A stretch of 64,000 bases of DNA from Oscillospiraceae bacterium (GTDB taxonomy: Bacteria > Bacillota > Clostridia > Oscillospirales > CAG-382), in the NCBI GenBank assembly GCA_015064955.1, contig SVRD01000002.1:14188-78187 (forward strand), in the 5' to 3' direction. Within the stretch, counting starts at the first letter, position 1, and each line of letters opens with the position of its first letter. Below the pieces are notes generated by a model. That model was not told the origin of the DNA and ran no database searches. It saw only the letters and a list, made by a program, of their open reading frames with translations. Shown here piece after piece: positions 1-10,492 of the stretch. Made by a program: the position numbers and the translations under genes.

Positions 1-876
1 GACCCTGAGATCATACGTCAGATCAACGAGCGGTACGAATATCTAAAAAAAGTCGACGCATACAATACGGCAAGTGTAAAATTGCGCCGAGTTTTATCTT
101 GGTTAATAGACTGGGTGATAATCTGGTTCTCGGTTTGTTGTTTTGTTGCTTTTGTTGCATCTGTATTGACTCACTATGCCGAGATTTATACACAAGCAGT
201 CATGTTTTTTGTTCTGCTTGTTTCTCTGACACCCTTGATCTGTTTCGTGCTGCGTGATCTGATTTTCGGCGGCAGATCATTGGGAAAGCGAATATTCGGG
301 TTGATCATACTTGACAAGCAAACGGAAGCTCCCGCAAAACTCGCCAAATGTGCCATACGCAACATATTTTATTTCCTTTTGCCAATCGACATCATCGTTT
401 TGTTAATAAGCGGCACCACCATCGGCGATCGAGTGGCACATACCGTGGTAGTTAAAAAAGACGCCTTGCGTCATTCGGATAGCGGCCATAGTATAGAAGA
501 AATCAACAAATATGATCCACCGAAAAAAGCAAACACAAAACGAACCGTTTGTATTGTTGTTGTGTCCTTGATTCTCGGTATTACTTTGCTTTTTTCCACT
601 GTTATGATTGTCTTGTCCACTACCAAAAATACAGAGGAATACAAACTCGCTTACACTTATCTTATCAAAAGTCAGGCGTTTGAAAGACTAAATGTCGACG
701 AATCGGCAATACGCTATAACCGTTATTCGCTGATACATCGCTCACAAGCAGGTACGGAAATTATAGAAACCGCCGAAATAGGATTTTCTGTAAAAGGAGA
801 ATCTTTTACGGTTGTTTGCCACAAGCTGAAGAACGACGTTTGGACTGTGTGTGATGACTGCACGGTTTTCGACTGA
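1..876 (+). CDS. RDD-family membrane protein (5' end probably outside the window)
   Basis: RRVLSWLID...GRSLGKRIFGLII...R...GDRVAHTVVV is the RDD pattern; frame 1 is open from base 1, so the TTG at 82 is probably not the true start. Confidence 0.75.
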   Translation, partial: DPEIIRQINERYEYLKKVDAYNTASVKLRRVLSWLIDWVIIWFSVCCFVAFVASVLTHYAEIYTQAVMFFVLLVSLTPLICFVLRDLIFGGRSLGKRIFGLIILDKQTEAPAKLAKCAIRNIFYFLLPIDIIVLLISGTTIGDRVAHTVVVKKDALRHSDSGHSIEEINKYDPPKKANTKRTVCIVVVSLILGITLLFSTVMIVLSTTKNTEEYKLAYTYLIKSQAFERLNVDESAIRYNRYSLIHRSQAGTEIIETAEIGFSVKGESFTVVCHKLKNDVWTVCDDCTVFD

Positions 877-932
877 TTTCCAAAATCGACTTTTCGATAT
901 CCCGATATTATACTGTTACTCTTTAACATTTT

Positions 933-957
933 GCCCCGTTTCGTACGGGGCTTTTTA
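933..957 (+). terminator. Intrinsic terminator
   Basis: GCCCCGT-ttcgt-ACGGGGC followed by a T-tract. Confidence 0.75.
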
Positions 958-1033
958 TTTTCGGGTGGTTTATGTATCGACGCACAATTGATTTTTGGCG
1001 GCGATGTGGTATAATCAACACGAGGTGAACGCT

Positions 1034-2026
1034 ATGGACACGGGTAATTTTGCAAGAATATTGAACGGCGGACTTGAAAACAACGCATTCCCCTGCTATG
1101 CCGCGGCTGTCGGCGACAAAGACCGAATAATATTCCGCGCTCTCGGCGGCGCTCGGTCGATCTGCCCCGAGCGCAAGGAATTGGAAGAGGGCACTCTTTT
1201 CGATATGGCATCGCTCTCAAAGCTTATTGCCACTACGATGGCGGCGCTGAGGCTTATCGAGAAAAACAGACTTTCGCTCGATGACAAAATCGGTGATTTT
1301 TTCGAAAACTGCTACGGCAAGGAAAACACGACCGTTTTCGAGCTGATGACACACACCTCGGGCATAAAAGCGCATTTTCCGCTTTGGCTTCGCGGGATCG
1401 CGCCAAGCGATGCGGCGGACGAGATACTGCGCGAGAATTTCGGATACACCCCGAAAACCGACGCGGTATACAGCTGTATGGGCTATATCCTGCTCGGCAG
1501 GATTCTCGAAATTATCGAGAACGAGCCGCTCGACAGTATTGTTTCGTGCAACGTGCTCGCGCCCTTGGGAATGAAGAATTCGTTTTACAACCCAAATAGC
1601 GAAACAGCTTGCGCCGCAACCGAAAGAGATTACGATTCGGGCGAGATAATATGCGGAAAAGTCCACGACGAAAACGCCCGATTTCTAAACGGCGTTGCCG
1701 GCAACGCGGGACTGTTTTGCGATCTTGACGACTGTATCCGATTTGCAAGAATGCTCTCGATGCGCGGCGAAGGATTTATAAGTACGGAGCTTTTCGATTA
1801 TGCGGTAACCGACCTCACGCCGAGCTTCAACGAGCACCGCGGACTTGGGTTCCAGATCGTCGGAAAGCGATACGGACACAACGGATTTACCGGGACGTCG
1901 ATATACGTACACCGCGAAAGCGGAGTTTTTGCAATACTTCTGACCAACCGTGTGCACCCGACGCGCGACAATCGCGGATTATTCGCAATACGCAACGAGT
2001 TTCACAAGGCGGTTTTCGGTGAATGA
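1034..2026 (+). CDS. Serine hydrolase, beta-lactamase class C / AmiE-like
   Basis: FDMASLSK (SxxK), LMTHTSG, YSCMGY, VHDENA, GVAGNAGLF, GHNGFTG, LTNRVHP; ATG 1034 follows GAGGTG. Confidence 0.85.
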   Translation: MDTGNFARILNGGLENNAFPCYAAAVGDKDRIIFRALGGARSICPERKELEEGTLFDMASLSKLIATTMAALRLIEKNRLSLDDKIGDFFENCYGKENTTVFELMTHTSGIKAHFPLWLRGIAPSDAADEILRENFGYTPKTDAVYSCMGYILLGRILEIIENEPLDSIVSCNVLAPLGMKNSFYNPNSETACAATERDYDSGEIICGKVHDENARFLNGVAGNAGLFCDLDDCIRFARMLSMRGEGFISTELFDYAVTDLTPSFNEHRGLGFQIVGKRYGHNGFTGTSIYVHRESGVFAILLTNRVHPTRDNRGLFAIRNEFHKAVFGE

Positions 2027-2027
2027 T

Positions 2028-3176
2028 ATGAAAAAAGCGATTATACGAAACGGAATCGACCGTTTGGACGAGATATTGCCCGAAATATCGGGCGCAAGGA
2101 TCGGACTGATAACCAACCAGACCGGTGTCGACAAAAGCGGACGCTCGACTATCGATCTGCTTTACAAAAACAAGCTTCTCTGCTGCTTGCTCGCACCCGA
2201 GCACGGTGTGCGCGATTTCAAGCAGGCGGGCGAGCATATCGACAGCTCAACAGACAGTGTAACCGGTGTTCCGATATACAGCCTTTACGGCGGCGACGTG
2301 CACATTCCGCGCCAAGTGCTCGAATCGCTCGATGCCGTCGCGTTTGATATTCAGGACGTCGGCGCGCGGTTTTATACCTATACAAGCACGCTTGCCTATG
2401 CGATGGAGGATTGTGCCGCGGCGGGCAGGAAAATGATCGTTTTCGACAGAATCAACCCGATCGGCGCCGTGCGCCCCGAGGGGAGCGTGCTCGAAGCGCG
2501 GTTTTCATCGTTTGTCGGCAGATACGAAACGGCGACCCGCCACAATCTCACCGTCGGCGAATATGCCCGATATATAAACGAGACCGAAGGAATCGGCTGT
2601 GATCTGACAATAGTAAAGCTCGATGGCTGGGAGCGCGATATGCTTTTTGCCGATACCGACCTTGATTGGATATCCCCCTCCCCGAATATAAAAAGCGCGA
2701 ACACCTGCTTTTACTATATCGGCACCTGTCTTGCCGAGGGAACGAATCTTTCGGAGGGCAGAGGGACAATTTCCCCGTTTGAGCTCATCGGCGCGCCCTG
2801 GCTCGATGCCGAAAAAATCGCAAGCGAGATGAGTTCGCAAGGATTTTCGGGAGTTTCCTTCCGCAGCGAAGAATTTGTTCCGACGTTTTCAAAATATTCC
2901 GGCATCAAATGCAACGGAATAAAGCTTTTGATGAGCGACGCAAGAGAATTTTTGCCGTTTGAAACGGCGCTCTGCCTTTTCGAGCTCATTCGCCGTACAC
3001 ACAAGGATTTCAGATTCCTGCCGCCTCACAAGGAGGGCGAACCGTATTTCGCCGACCTGCTTTTAGGCTGTGACGATTGGCGCAAGGACGATTTCGATAT
3101 TAGGCTGTTTTTGAAAAAGCAAAGAGCGCGAATAGATTTATACAAAAGCAAAATAAAGGATTTTTATTTGTATTAA
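2028..3176 (+). CDS. DUF1343 / NamZ-like exo-beta-N-acetylmuramidase
   Basis: GLITNQTG, APEHG, SLYG, FDIQDVGARFYTY, DRINP, SPSPN, LSEGRGT motifs. Confidence 0.85.
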   Translation: MKKAIIRNGIDRLDEILPEISGARIGLITNQTGVDKSGRSTIDLLYKNKLLCCLLAPEHGVRDFKQAGEHIDSSTDSVTGVPIYSLYGGDVHIPRQVLESLDAVAFDIQDVGARFYTYTSTLAYAMEDCAAAGRKMIVFDRINPIGAVRPEGSVLEARFSSFVGRYETATRHNLTVGEYARYINETEGIGCDLTIVKLDGWERDMLFADTDLDWISPSPNIKSANTCFYYIGTCLAEGTNLSEGRGTISPFELIGAPWLDAEKIASEMSSQGFSGVSFRSEEFVPTFSKYSGIKCNGIKLLMSDAREFLPFETALCLFELIRRTHKDFRFLPPHKEGEPYFADLLLGCDDWRKDDFDIRLFLKKQRARIDLYKSKIKDFYLY

Positions 3177-3290
3177 AGTCTAAAACGCGCTTTAAATCAA
3201 AACTCAACCGAGCGTTTATAAAAACTGTTTTTATTGACAATGTCTTATTATTATGTTAAAATGATTAAAATTTATCTGTGAGGTATTATT

Positions 3291-4097
3291 ATGACAAAGG
3301 CTACAAAAATCGTTGCGCTTATCGGCGCGGCAATTCTTATCATTTTGGGCGTTGCATTCGTTGCAACCTCGTTCTCCAAGCCCGAAGCTCCCGCAAATGC
3401 TTCCTCGCTTGCTTATACCGACTTTGAAAAGGGCAAAAGCTACAAGTTCGACACCCTTCTCGTTATCGACTGCTATGCTACCTACGGTAACGAAAACACC
3501 GAGAATTACGACACTCTCTATCTTATGTGCGCTTTCGGCGACGTAAATGTGAATTCGGTTATCGTTTCGGTTCCCGTTGCAAAGAGCGACGATATCTACG
3601 ACAAGGCATATGATTATATGATGGACGAAACCGCTGAGATCGGCGATTTCGTGCTTAACTGCTATCTCGAATACAGAAGCGATATCCGCGAATCCACCAT
3701 CAAGGATTATTACGACGAATGCTACGAGCAGTACAAGCCCATTCTTGCTACCGAGCTTGAGGGTATGCAGTGTCTCCAGGCACACTTCGGCTATGTTTGC
3801 GACGGCAACGAAAACTACGAGGAATTTATCGGCAACAAGAATACCACAAAGCTTATTATGGGTATCGCGTTTGTAGTTCTCGGCGGCTTGCTCGCGTTCT
3901 TTATCGTCCGCAAGAGCAAGGAAACCGAGCCCGCTGCAGAGGCTGAGATCTCCTACGTAAGCTATCCCACTCCCGAAGCTTATACCCCCGTTTCTACCGA
4001 GCCGGTTGTTGAAGACACTCCCGAAGAAGATGTCGAAGAAGCTGTCGAAGAAACCGCGGAAGAAGCTTCCGAGGAAAACAGCGAAGAACAGGAATGA
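3291..4097 (+). CDS. Hypothetical membrane protein (two hydrophobic helices, acidic C-terminal tail)
   Basis: 268-aa ORF with RBS GAGGT; N-terminal and late TM segments; Glu-rich tail. Confidence 0.7.
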   Translation: MTKATKIVALIGAAILIILGVAFVATSFSKPEAPANASSLAYTDFEKGKSYKFDTLLVIDCYATYGNENTENYDTLYLMCAFGDVNVNSVIVSVPVAKSDDIYDKAYDYMMDETAEIGDFVLNCYLEYRSDIRESTIKDYYDECYEQYKPILATELEGMQCLQAHFGYVCDGNENYEEFIGNKNTTKLIMGIAFVVLGGLLAFFIVRKSKETEPAAEAEISYVSYPTPEAYTPVSTEPVVEDTPEEDVEEAVEETAEEASEENSEEQE

Positions 4098-4402
4098 AAA
4101 AAGTACGTATAACGGTATTACGACGCACCGTTTACGAGGATCTTTGCGAAATATACGAAAACCCGTTGGAAAACCCTTGTGAAATGACGGTTGGCGAGAT
4201 TTTTTATTCCGAGGAAGGAAAGAAGCCCGAACGATTTTGCTCGAACGCATGGCGCTGTATCGAGAGCTACGTGACCGTGCTTGCAAACGGAAAAGGCAAT
4301 TTTTTCGACGGCTGGATGAAAAACCCTTATTCCGCGTTGGTCTCCTGTGACGACGGATTCCGCCCCGTATCATTTTTGTTGGAAGCGGAGGAAGATATAT
4401 GA
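4094..4402 (+). CDS. TIGR04076-family small Cys-containing protein
   Basis: KVRITV...PC...G...KPERFC..AW...SCDDGFRPVSF pattern; ATGA overlap. Confidence 0.75.
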   Translation: MKKVRITVLRRTVYEDLCEIYENPLENPCEMTVGEIFYSEEGKKPERFCSNAWRCIESYVTVLANGKGNFFDGWMKNPYSALVSCDDGFRPVSFLLEAEEDI

Positions 4403-4971
4403 AGCCGCGCGAGCTGATTGATTTTTTGAAGATTATCGAAAAGCTCAAATGCACCACAAGGCATTGTTACACCACAAGCGGAAGAAGGGAAAGCGTTGCC
4501 GAGCATTCCTGGCGATTGGCGGTAATGGCGATGCTTTGTAAGGACGAATACCCGAGCCTTGACATCGACCGAGTTGTAAAAATGTGTCTTATTCACGATT
4601 TCGGCGAGGCGATTACCGGCGATATCCCCGCGTTTTACAAAACCGAGGATCAGGAGCAGATCGAGGACAAGGCTGTCGACCGTATCCTTTCGATGCTTCC
4701 CGACGGATACAGAGCCGAATTTTCCTCGCTCTTTGACGAGATGGAAAAGCTCGAAACAGACGAAGCAAAGCTTTTCAAGGCGCTCGACAATATGGAAGCT
4801 GTAATCGCGCACAACGAATCGGATATTTCGACCTGGATACCGCTCGAATACGAGGAAAACCTGCGCTACGGCGAGGAAAACGTTGCTTGGTCGGAATGGA
4901 CAAGGGCGCTGAAGGCAGAAGCCAACAAGGACAGTATTCAAAAAATCTCCGAAAGCAAAGATAAACAATAA
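4399..4971 (+). CDS. HD-domain phosphohydrolase (YfbR/HDDC2-like 5'-deoxynucleotidase)
   Basis: LK...R...ESVAEHSWR, LIHDFGEAITGD, ALD motifs. Confidence 0.85.
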   Translation: MKPRELIDFLKIIEKLKCTTRHCYTTSGRRESVAEHSWRLAVMAMLCKDEYPSLDIDRVVKMCLIHDFGEAITGDIPAFYKTEDQEQIEDKAVDRILSMLPDGYRAEFSSLFDEMEKLETDEAKLFKALDNMEAVIAHNESDISTWIPLEYEENLRYGEENVAWSEWTRALKAEANKDSIQKISESKDKQ

Positions 4972-4979
4972 AAAACAAG

Positions 4980-5016
4980 CTGCGCTTCCCGCATTTAACG
5001 GAAAGCGCAGTTTTTT
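4980..5016. terminator. Bidirectional terminator between convergent genes
   Basis: CTGCGCTT...AAGCGCAG hairpin with A-tract before and T-tract after. Confidence 0.65.
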
Positions 5017-5024
5017 ATTGGGTT

Positions 5025-5492
5025 TCAGCCGGTCAAATTGTCAAGAAGCGCCAGACAGCCATCGTAAATATCGCGGTAGGCGATATCGAAGCGGTCGGAA
5101 TACCACGGGTCCGCAACGTCGCCCTTGCGCTCGGTGTAATCCATAAGCTTGCGAATTTTTCCCTCTTTGTCACCGCCGAGTATTTGGTGCATATTGCGGA
5201 TATTACGCGAATCCATACCGACAAAAAGGTCGTATTTTTCGTAGTCCGAGCGCTTTAGCTGTGTGGCACGCTTGCCCGCACAATCGATTCCGTGCGATTT
5301 CAGTTCCTCTCTCGCGGGCGGATAGACGGGGTTGCCGATACCGCCGAAGGATATTTCCTCGGTGCTTGTCGCGCTCGAAGCGATAACGAATTCGTTTTGC
5401 AATCCCCTCTCGGCAATCAGCTTTTTGAAAATAAACTCCGCCATCGGCGAACGGCAGATATTGCCGTGGCAGACAAACATTATTCTTTTCAT
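5025..5492 (-). CDS. Low-molecular-weight protein-tyrosine phosphatase
   Basis: MFVCHGNICRSPMAE (CX5R) and DPWY motifs; start moved to ATG 5492. Confidence 0.9.
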   Translation of the reverse strand: MKRIMFVCHGNICRSPMAEFIFKKLIAERGLQNEFVIASSATSTEEISFGGIGNPVYPPAREELKSHGIDCAGKRATQLKRSDYEKYDLFVGMDSRNIRNMHQILGGDKEGKIRKLMDYTERKGDVADPWYSDRFDIAYRDIYDGCLALLDNLTG

Positions 5493-6607
5493 TCTCTGCC
5501 CTCCGAAATATCTATAACCACGTATTCGGCGGGAGAAGCGGTCTTTATCGGATATGCCCAGCCGGCAAGCCCCGAGGAAACGATATACTGAGTGTCGTCG
5601 TCGAGATACCCGTGACCGTAGACCTTGTCGTTCATTTTGAATATTTCCTGAACCTGCTTCAGCGGCCATATCTGTCCGCCGTGGGTGTGGCCCGAAAGCA
5701 CGATATCGGTCGCGCTTGCCGCGGTCAAATCATATTCGCGCGGCTGGTGGTCGAGAGTGATTATCAGCTTGTCGGTGTCGGCACCTTTGAGCAGATCGGC
5801 AACAGATTTGCGCGAGCGGGCGCTCCTGTCCTCGCGTCCGACAAGAATTATCTCGTCGTTCGGAGAGCAGATCTCGTCCTGTAATATAACGATTCCGTTG
5901 CTTTCAATAGCTTCGCAAAGCTCGGATTCCGAAAACCCGCTTTCAAATCCCGCGAATCCAAACGGGCGATCGTGATTGCCGTGAACGTAAAAGATGCCGA
6001 GCTCGCTTTTTATTCCTCCGAATGCCTTGAATACCTGAAGCATTTCGCCGCGCGTGGTATTGTTGTCGACAATATCGCCGCAAAGTATCACTATATCGGG
6101 CTCTTTTCCGCTTATTTCAGAGCAGATTCGGCTAAGCTCATCATAATCGACGGATACGCCGAAGTGAACGTCGGAAATGAGAACGACGCGGTAGCCGTTA
6201 TCGCGGATATTTTTGTCGGTATATACCGTGTATTCGGTGGAAACGATATTGTGGAGATTGATATAGCCCGCGGTCATAATTATTGCAAAAATAATCAATA
6301 CCGCCGCGCCGCTTTTATAGATGCGGTTATAAAGCTTAAAGCCGTCGTACCGCTCCCGAGCGATACGCTTGACAATATAATTCACAAGCCGAAGCAGTGC
6401 CGAAATGAGCATAATATGAAGCACGGCAACAAGCAAAAATCCGAACGGCTTGAACGCCGCCGCACCGAAAAGCGCCGCAATAACCGCGACGATGATACGG
6501 ATATGAAGCTTTTTGACGTCGGCACCGAAAAATTCAAATATCTGCCTGATATAGAAATAAAAATACAGCGCGACAAGGAAAGCCGCAAGAGCAAGAACAA
6601 AATACAT
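5489..6607 (-). CDS. Membrane-anchored metallophosphoesterase (YkuE/YkoQ-like)
   Basis: SDVH, GDIVD, GNHD, LDHQP, LSGHTHGGQ; N-terminal TM helices. Confidence 0.88.
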   Translation of the reverse strand: MYFVLALAAFLVALYFYFYIRQIFEFFGADVKKLHIRIIVAVIAALFGAAAFKPFGFLLVAVLHIMLISALLRLVNYIVKRIARERYDGFKLYNRIYKSGAAVLIIFAIIMTAGYINLHNIVSTEYTVYTDKNIRDNGYRVVLISDVHFGVSVDYDELSRICSEISGKEPDIVILCGDIVDNNTTRGEMLQVFKAFGGIKSELGIFYVHGNHDRPFGFAGFESGFSESELCEAIESNGIVILQDEICSPNDEIILVGREDRSARSRKSVADLLKGADTDKLIITLDHQPREYDLTAASATDIVLSGHTHGGQIWPLKQVQEIFKMNDKVYGHGYLDDDTQYIVSSGLAGWAYPIKTASPAEYVVIDISEGRE

Positions 6608-6684
6608 ATAAATTCAACTCCCCGAGGCGATTAATTGACCGCCTCGGTTATTATTATACGCAAAACCGATATATTGTCAACGGC

Positions 6685-8859
6685 TCAGACTATCCTCAGC
6701 ACGCAGACCGACATATCGTCGCTCGTTTGATGGCTTTCCCTTGCTCTGCGGAGTATTTCGGCAGCGAGCGCCCGCGCACTCGGCATCGGCGGGAGTTCTC
6801 CGTCGGCAAAGAGAGAGTTTTCGCTTCCGGTTTGCAGAATCCCGTCGCTGAACATAGCTATCATATCGCCTCTTTCAAGCGTGAAATGCTTTTTGTCGGC
6901 AATTACGTTGCGCATTATTCCCGCTGGCGGCGTGCGCGATTCGATAAGCCTTGCCCTTCCGTTGCGTATGATAACCGTCGGGGCGGCGCCAACCTTTATA
7001 AGAGTTGCTCTCGAAAGCACGCGGTCGATCTCGATAAGGTCGACCGTGGCAAAAACCTCCTCCTGCTTTTCGACGAGCGCCTTGTTCAAAAGCTTCAGCG
7101 CGCTTTCCTTTTCCGCACCGACAGAAAGCAGCTTTTCGAGCATTATTGCCGAAAGCCTGCTTGTCAGCGCGGCATCGCGTCCGCTTCCCATTCCGTCGGA
7201 AACAAGGCAGTAAAAATACTTTTCGTCGTTTTCAAAGGTGCTCACGGTATCGCCGCAGACAGTCTCGCCGTTTTTCGCCTCGGAAAGCTTGGCGCATTCG
7301 ACTCTTATTGTCGGCACCGATTTCAGCTTCATCAGAGTATATTCGTCGTGGAGCAAAAGCTCGGGCGGCGAAACCGCAGTGCCGACTGTTTTTGAAACGG
7401 CTTGTGCGATCTCATTTGGCGAAGCGGTGATTTTTTCGGGCTTTACTCCGAAAACAGTTATCTCGCGCAGTCTTTCGCCGATAATTCTCACTCCGTCGCA
7501 GGAAACACCGATATCGGCAAGCTCGTGCTTGAGCTGTTGGGCGAGTGATTTATCATCGGTTATGCGTGCCTCCTGCTTTTTTGCGGCGTCGATAAGTATC
7601 GAGGAAAAGGCGGAATATTCGTCTGCCATCTGCTTCAATCCCTTTTCGCCTCCGCGGCGGCGCATTTCGGGCAAATTGTTCACGTCACGCGCGATTGCAA
7701 ACGCATTGGGACAGCGCAAGGTTATATGGGAGGGTATGCGCGAATAAGCGGCGACACCGCTTCGTCTTATCTCGCTTGTGAAAAAGTTGCTTATCTCGCT
7801 TTTGTCGAGCTCACAGCCGCCGCAACGCGAGCAATGGTTGTCCACCGCCGAAACGATATCGCGGTTCAGCTCGGTTATCCCAACCTCGCGCGTGGTGTCG
7901 GAAACGGTATAAAAAAGCGACGACAGCGAGGAAAACGCCGCGGCATAGCGCGAAAGACGGCGGTCGTGGGCACGGCGCTCGGCGAAAGCGCCCGAAACGG
8001 TCACGTTTATCGGGAGATGCTTTCTTATCGGAATAAATACCGAAAACACCGCGACAAGCATAATCATCGCCACGGCGACACCGCTTACTCCCGCAAGATA
8101 AAAATAACCGCAGACCGCAAGCATAAACGACAGCACGAGCGCAAGCGGCTCGATCTCGGACGCAAGCAGACCGTAGGACATTCCGAGCACTCCGAGCGCG
8201 CCCGTCGCCGCCCCGCCCGAAACCAATCCGCAAAGCACGCCGCAGGCTCCCCCAAAGGCAAACCCGCCCTTTCTCGCCGCGCAAAGAGTAAAGAGTGCGC
8301 CGACGGCAAACGAGGTCGGCACTCCGTTGATATCGAGCTCGGCGAAAAACATCGTTATCGCAAATGCAAACGCGAGCAGGGACATTTCGTACCGCTTGCG
8401 GTGAAGCTCTCTTTTCTTATCGAAAAAGCCGATAAAGGCATAGGTAAACGCGGGATAGGCTATGATCGCGGCGAGCAGTGCAAAAATGTCCGACATACCC
8501 TCGATCCCCTGCACAGCAAGATAGGCACATCGCAGTGCGCTCACCGAAAACGAAAGCAGGATTCGGGTATAGAGATGCACACCGCCGTTTTTCTCCTTTG
8601 CGTTCAGCACGGCAAAAAGATAGACGGCGCAAAACAGCGAAAGAAGGACGCTTTTGTCGAAAAACGACGACAGAAGCACCCCCGCAAACACCCCTTTCCG
8701 ATGCTTTTTCGGGATAGCGCAAAGCAGGGCACAGCCGAAAGGAAGCACCCCGTTTGCAAGCGGCGACAGTCCGAGCAGAAGCGCAAAAAGCGCAAAGCAA
8801 ATATTCTTTTTGTTGGTCGATGCGAATTTCTTTACACTTGTCAGATACATTTTCAACAT
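6685..8859 (-). CDS. spoIIE: Stage II sporulation protein E (membrane PP2C phosphatase)
   Basis: About 10 N-terminal TM helices, CxxC middle region, CGD...SDGMGSG...ATVD...KVGAAP...FSDG...DDMSV PP2C domain. Confidence 0.85.
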   Translation of the reverse strand: MLKMYLTSVKKFASTNKKNICFALFALLLGLSPLANGVLPFGCALLCAIPKKHRKGVFAGVLLSSFFDKSVLLSLFCAVYLFAVLNAKEKNGGVHLYTRILLSFSVSALRCAYLAVQGIEGMSDIFALLAAIIAYPAFTYAFIGFFDKKRELHRKRYEMSLLAFAFAITMFFAELDINGVPTSFAVGALFTLCAARKGGFAFGGACGVLCGLVSGGAATGALGVLGMSYGLLASEIEPLALVLSFMLAVCGYFYLAGVSGVAVAMIMLVAVFSVFIPIRKHLPINVTVSGAFAERRAHDRRLSRYAAAFSSLSSLFYTVSDTTREVGITELNRDIVSAVDNHCSRCGGCELDKSEISNFFTSEIRRSGVAAYSRIPSHITLRCPNAFAIARDVNNLPEMRRRGGEKGLKQMADEYSAFSSILIDAAKKQEARITDDKSLAQQLKHELADIGVSCDGVRIIGERLREITVFGVKPEKITASPNEIAQAVSKTVGTAVSPPELLLHDEYTLMKLKSVPTIRVECAKLSEAKNGETVCGDTVSTFENDEKYFYCLVSDGMGSGRDAALTSRLSAIMLEKLLSVGAEKESALKLLNKALVEKQEEVFATVDLIEIDRVLSRATLIKVGAAPTVIIRNGRARLIESRTPPAGIMRNVIADKKHFTLERGDMIAMFSDGILQTGSENSLFADGELPPMPSARALAAEILRRARESHQTSDDMSVCVLRIV

Positions 8860-8884
8860 TCCGTTCGTTTTTTATTGGGATTAC

Positions 8885-8919
8885 ATTATAACCGCAATCC
8901 AAAACTGCATTTTGTCGAA
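8885..8919 (-). promoter_or_regulatory. Spo0A-activated spoIIE promoter (0A box at -35, TATAAT -10)
   Basis: TGTCGAA at 8913-8919 and minus-strand TATAAT at 8885-8890, 22 bp apart; the same over-long spacing is known for B. subtilis spoIIE/spoIIG promoters. Confidence 0.65.
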
Positions 8920-9042
8920 GCGAAACCGATTTTTTTGAGTTGTTTTACCGCTTTTGCGAGTCCGAAAGCGAAAATGAAAAATCCGAAAGGAACGCTGAAA
9001 ATTCTTTTGTTCTTTTGGTCCGAAAGCGAAGAAAAATAGGTT

Positions 9043-10341
9043 TTATTGATTATTTGAGTACAAATCGAGGCTTTTTATATCAATCAGGCTGTTTATGGCG
9101 ACAAGGCTTTGATTGTTTTCGCGGTTCAGATTCCACCAAAGCGCCCCGCGCAGCCCTCTATCCGCCATAAGATTGAGCCGTGCGCTTATCGAGCGGACGT
9201 CCTCGAACCAGACGCGGTGGACATTTCCGTTTTCGGTATAATCGAAATAGGGCGCGAGCGCGACGGAATCGAAAAATATCTCCGCGCCGTAATTTGAGGC
9301 AAGATCAAAGGCGCGCCTTGTCGAAACCGAGGTCGCGCGCGAAACACCCTGAACGTAGGGCAAAATAAAGTCGTAGCCGTAATTCGATATTCCGAGCAAA
9401 ATCTTTTCTCTCGGAATCCGTGTAAGCGCATAATCGACCACGTCGGCAACCGGCTTTATCGGCGAAACCGCCATCGGAGGCCCATAGGTATAGCCCCACT
9501 CATAAGTCATAAGCAGTACCGCGTCCGCCGCCTCGCCGAGCAGTGCGTAATCGTGCCCCTCGTAGAGCGCGCCGGGCTGATTATCGCTCGTTTTGGGTGC
9601 AAGCGCGGTCATCACCCCGTATCCGTACGGCGAAAGCCTTGATTTGCAATATCTTATAAACTCGGCGTATTTATTCGCGTTTTCACCGCCGATGAATTCA
9701 AAATCGACGTCTAACGAGGTGTAGCCCTTGCTCTGCATATTTGCGATAACCGAATCGAGCAGAGATTGCTGAAGCAACGGCGAGTCAAAAAGCATTTTTG
9801 CGAGCTCGACCGAAAAAACGTCGTTTTCGTCGAGGGTGGAAAGGTGCATTATCGGCTCGCTTCGGTATTGCTTCGCAAGACCGATCATTTCCTCGTCGTC
9901 GGGCGGGATAAGGCTCCCGTCGGGCTTGAAGCCGTAGGTAAACGGCATAAGCGCCGCCATAAGCGGCAGAGCTCTCGAAAGAAGCTGTTTTCCGACAAAC
10001 GGATATGCATATCCTCCCGTCGCAAACTCACCCAGCGGAGCTCGCTCGATGACGATATACAAAAGCTGACCGATATTGATCTTGTCGCTCCCGTTGAGAA
10101 AGAGATTGTTTTTGTAAATCGTTTCGATGCTTACGCCATAGCACGAGGCGATCGAAGAAAGCGTTTCGCCAAGCGAAACGGTGTGGGTGACGGTCGGTAC
10201 CGCAACCGCGATCGGCTGTCCGACGGGTAGTCTGAGCGGGTCGGAAATATCGTTGTTGAAGGCAAGGATAGATTCATCGACGCCGTACCTTTCCGCGATT
10301 GAAAACAGAGTTTCGCCCCTGCTAACGATGTGAACAAGCAT
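9043..10341 (-). CDS. LysM x2 + GH18 spore cortex-lytic enzyme (SleL/YaaH/YdhD-like)
   Basis: Two LysM repeats; LDVDFE (DxxDxE), LMTYEWGY...GPP, WFED motifs. Confidence 0.85.
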   Translation of the reverse strand: MLVHIVSRGETLFSIAERYGVDESILAFNNDISDPLRLPVGQPIAVAVPTVTHTVSLGETLSSIASCYGVSIETIYKNNLFLNGSDKINIGQLLYIVIERAPLGEFATGGYAYPFVGKQLLSRALPLMAALMPFTYGFKPDGSLIPPDDEEMIGLAKQYRSEPIMHLSTLDENDVFSVELAKMLFDSPLLQQSLLDSVIANMQSKGYTSLDVDFEFIGGENANKYAEFIRYCKSRLSPYGYGVMTALAPKTSDNQPGALYEGHDYALLGEAADAVLLMTYEWGYTYGPPMAVSPIKPVADVVDYALTRIPREKILLGISNYGYDFILPYVQGVSRATSVSTRRAFDLASNYGAEIFFDSVALAPYFDYTENGNVHRVWFEDVRSISARLNLMADRGLRGALWWNLNRENNQSLVAINSLIDIKSLDLYSNNQ

Positions 10342-10492
10342 AATATCCCCCTTGTTTGCCGAAAAATCATATCATTAAGGAAGTAAATCCTTGTCACAGT
10401 CTTGATTTTCGGACGTTTATATGGTATTATATTTTAATAATTTATAAACCTTGCGGTGCTTTTTTGCTCCGCATAGAAAGCAGAGAATAAAT

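Noticed and set aside
7726-9039. Long antisense ORFs (also 27163-28686, 54858-56369, 3231-4457, 47098-48207, 60509-61534 and others)
   Set aside because: Shadows of well-supported genes on the opposite strand; no recognisable motifs
10342-10492. T-box leader for argS (or leuS)
   Set aside because: No T-box consensus or terminator; the leader is short and leuS is operon-internal
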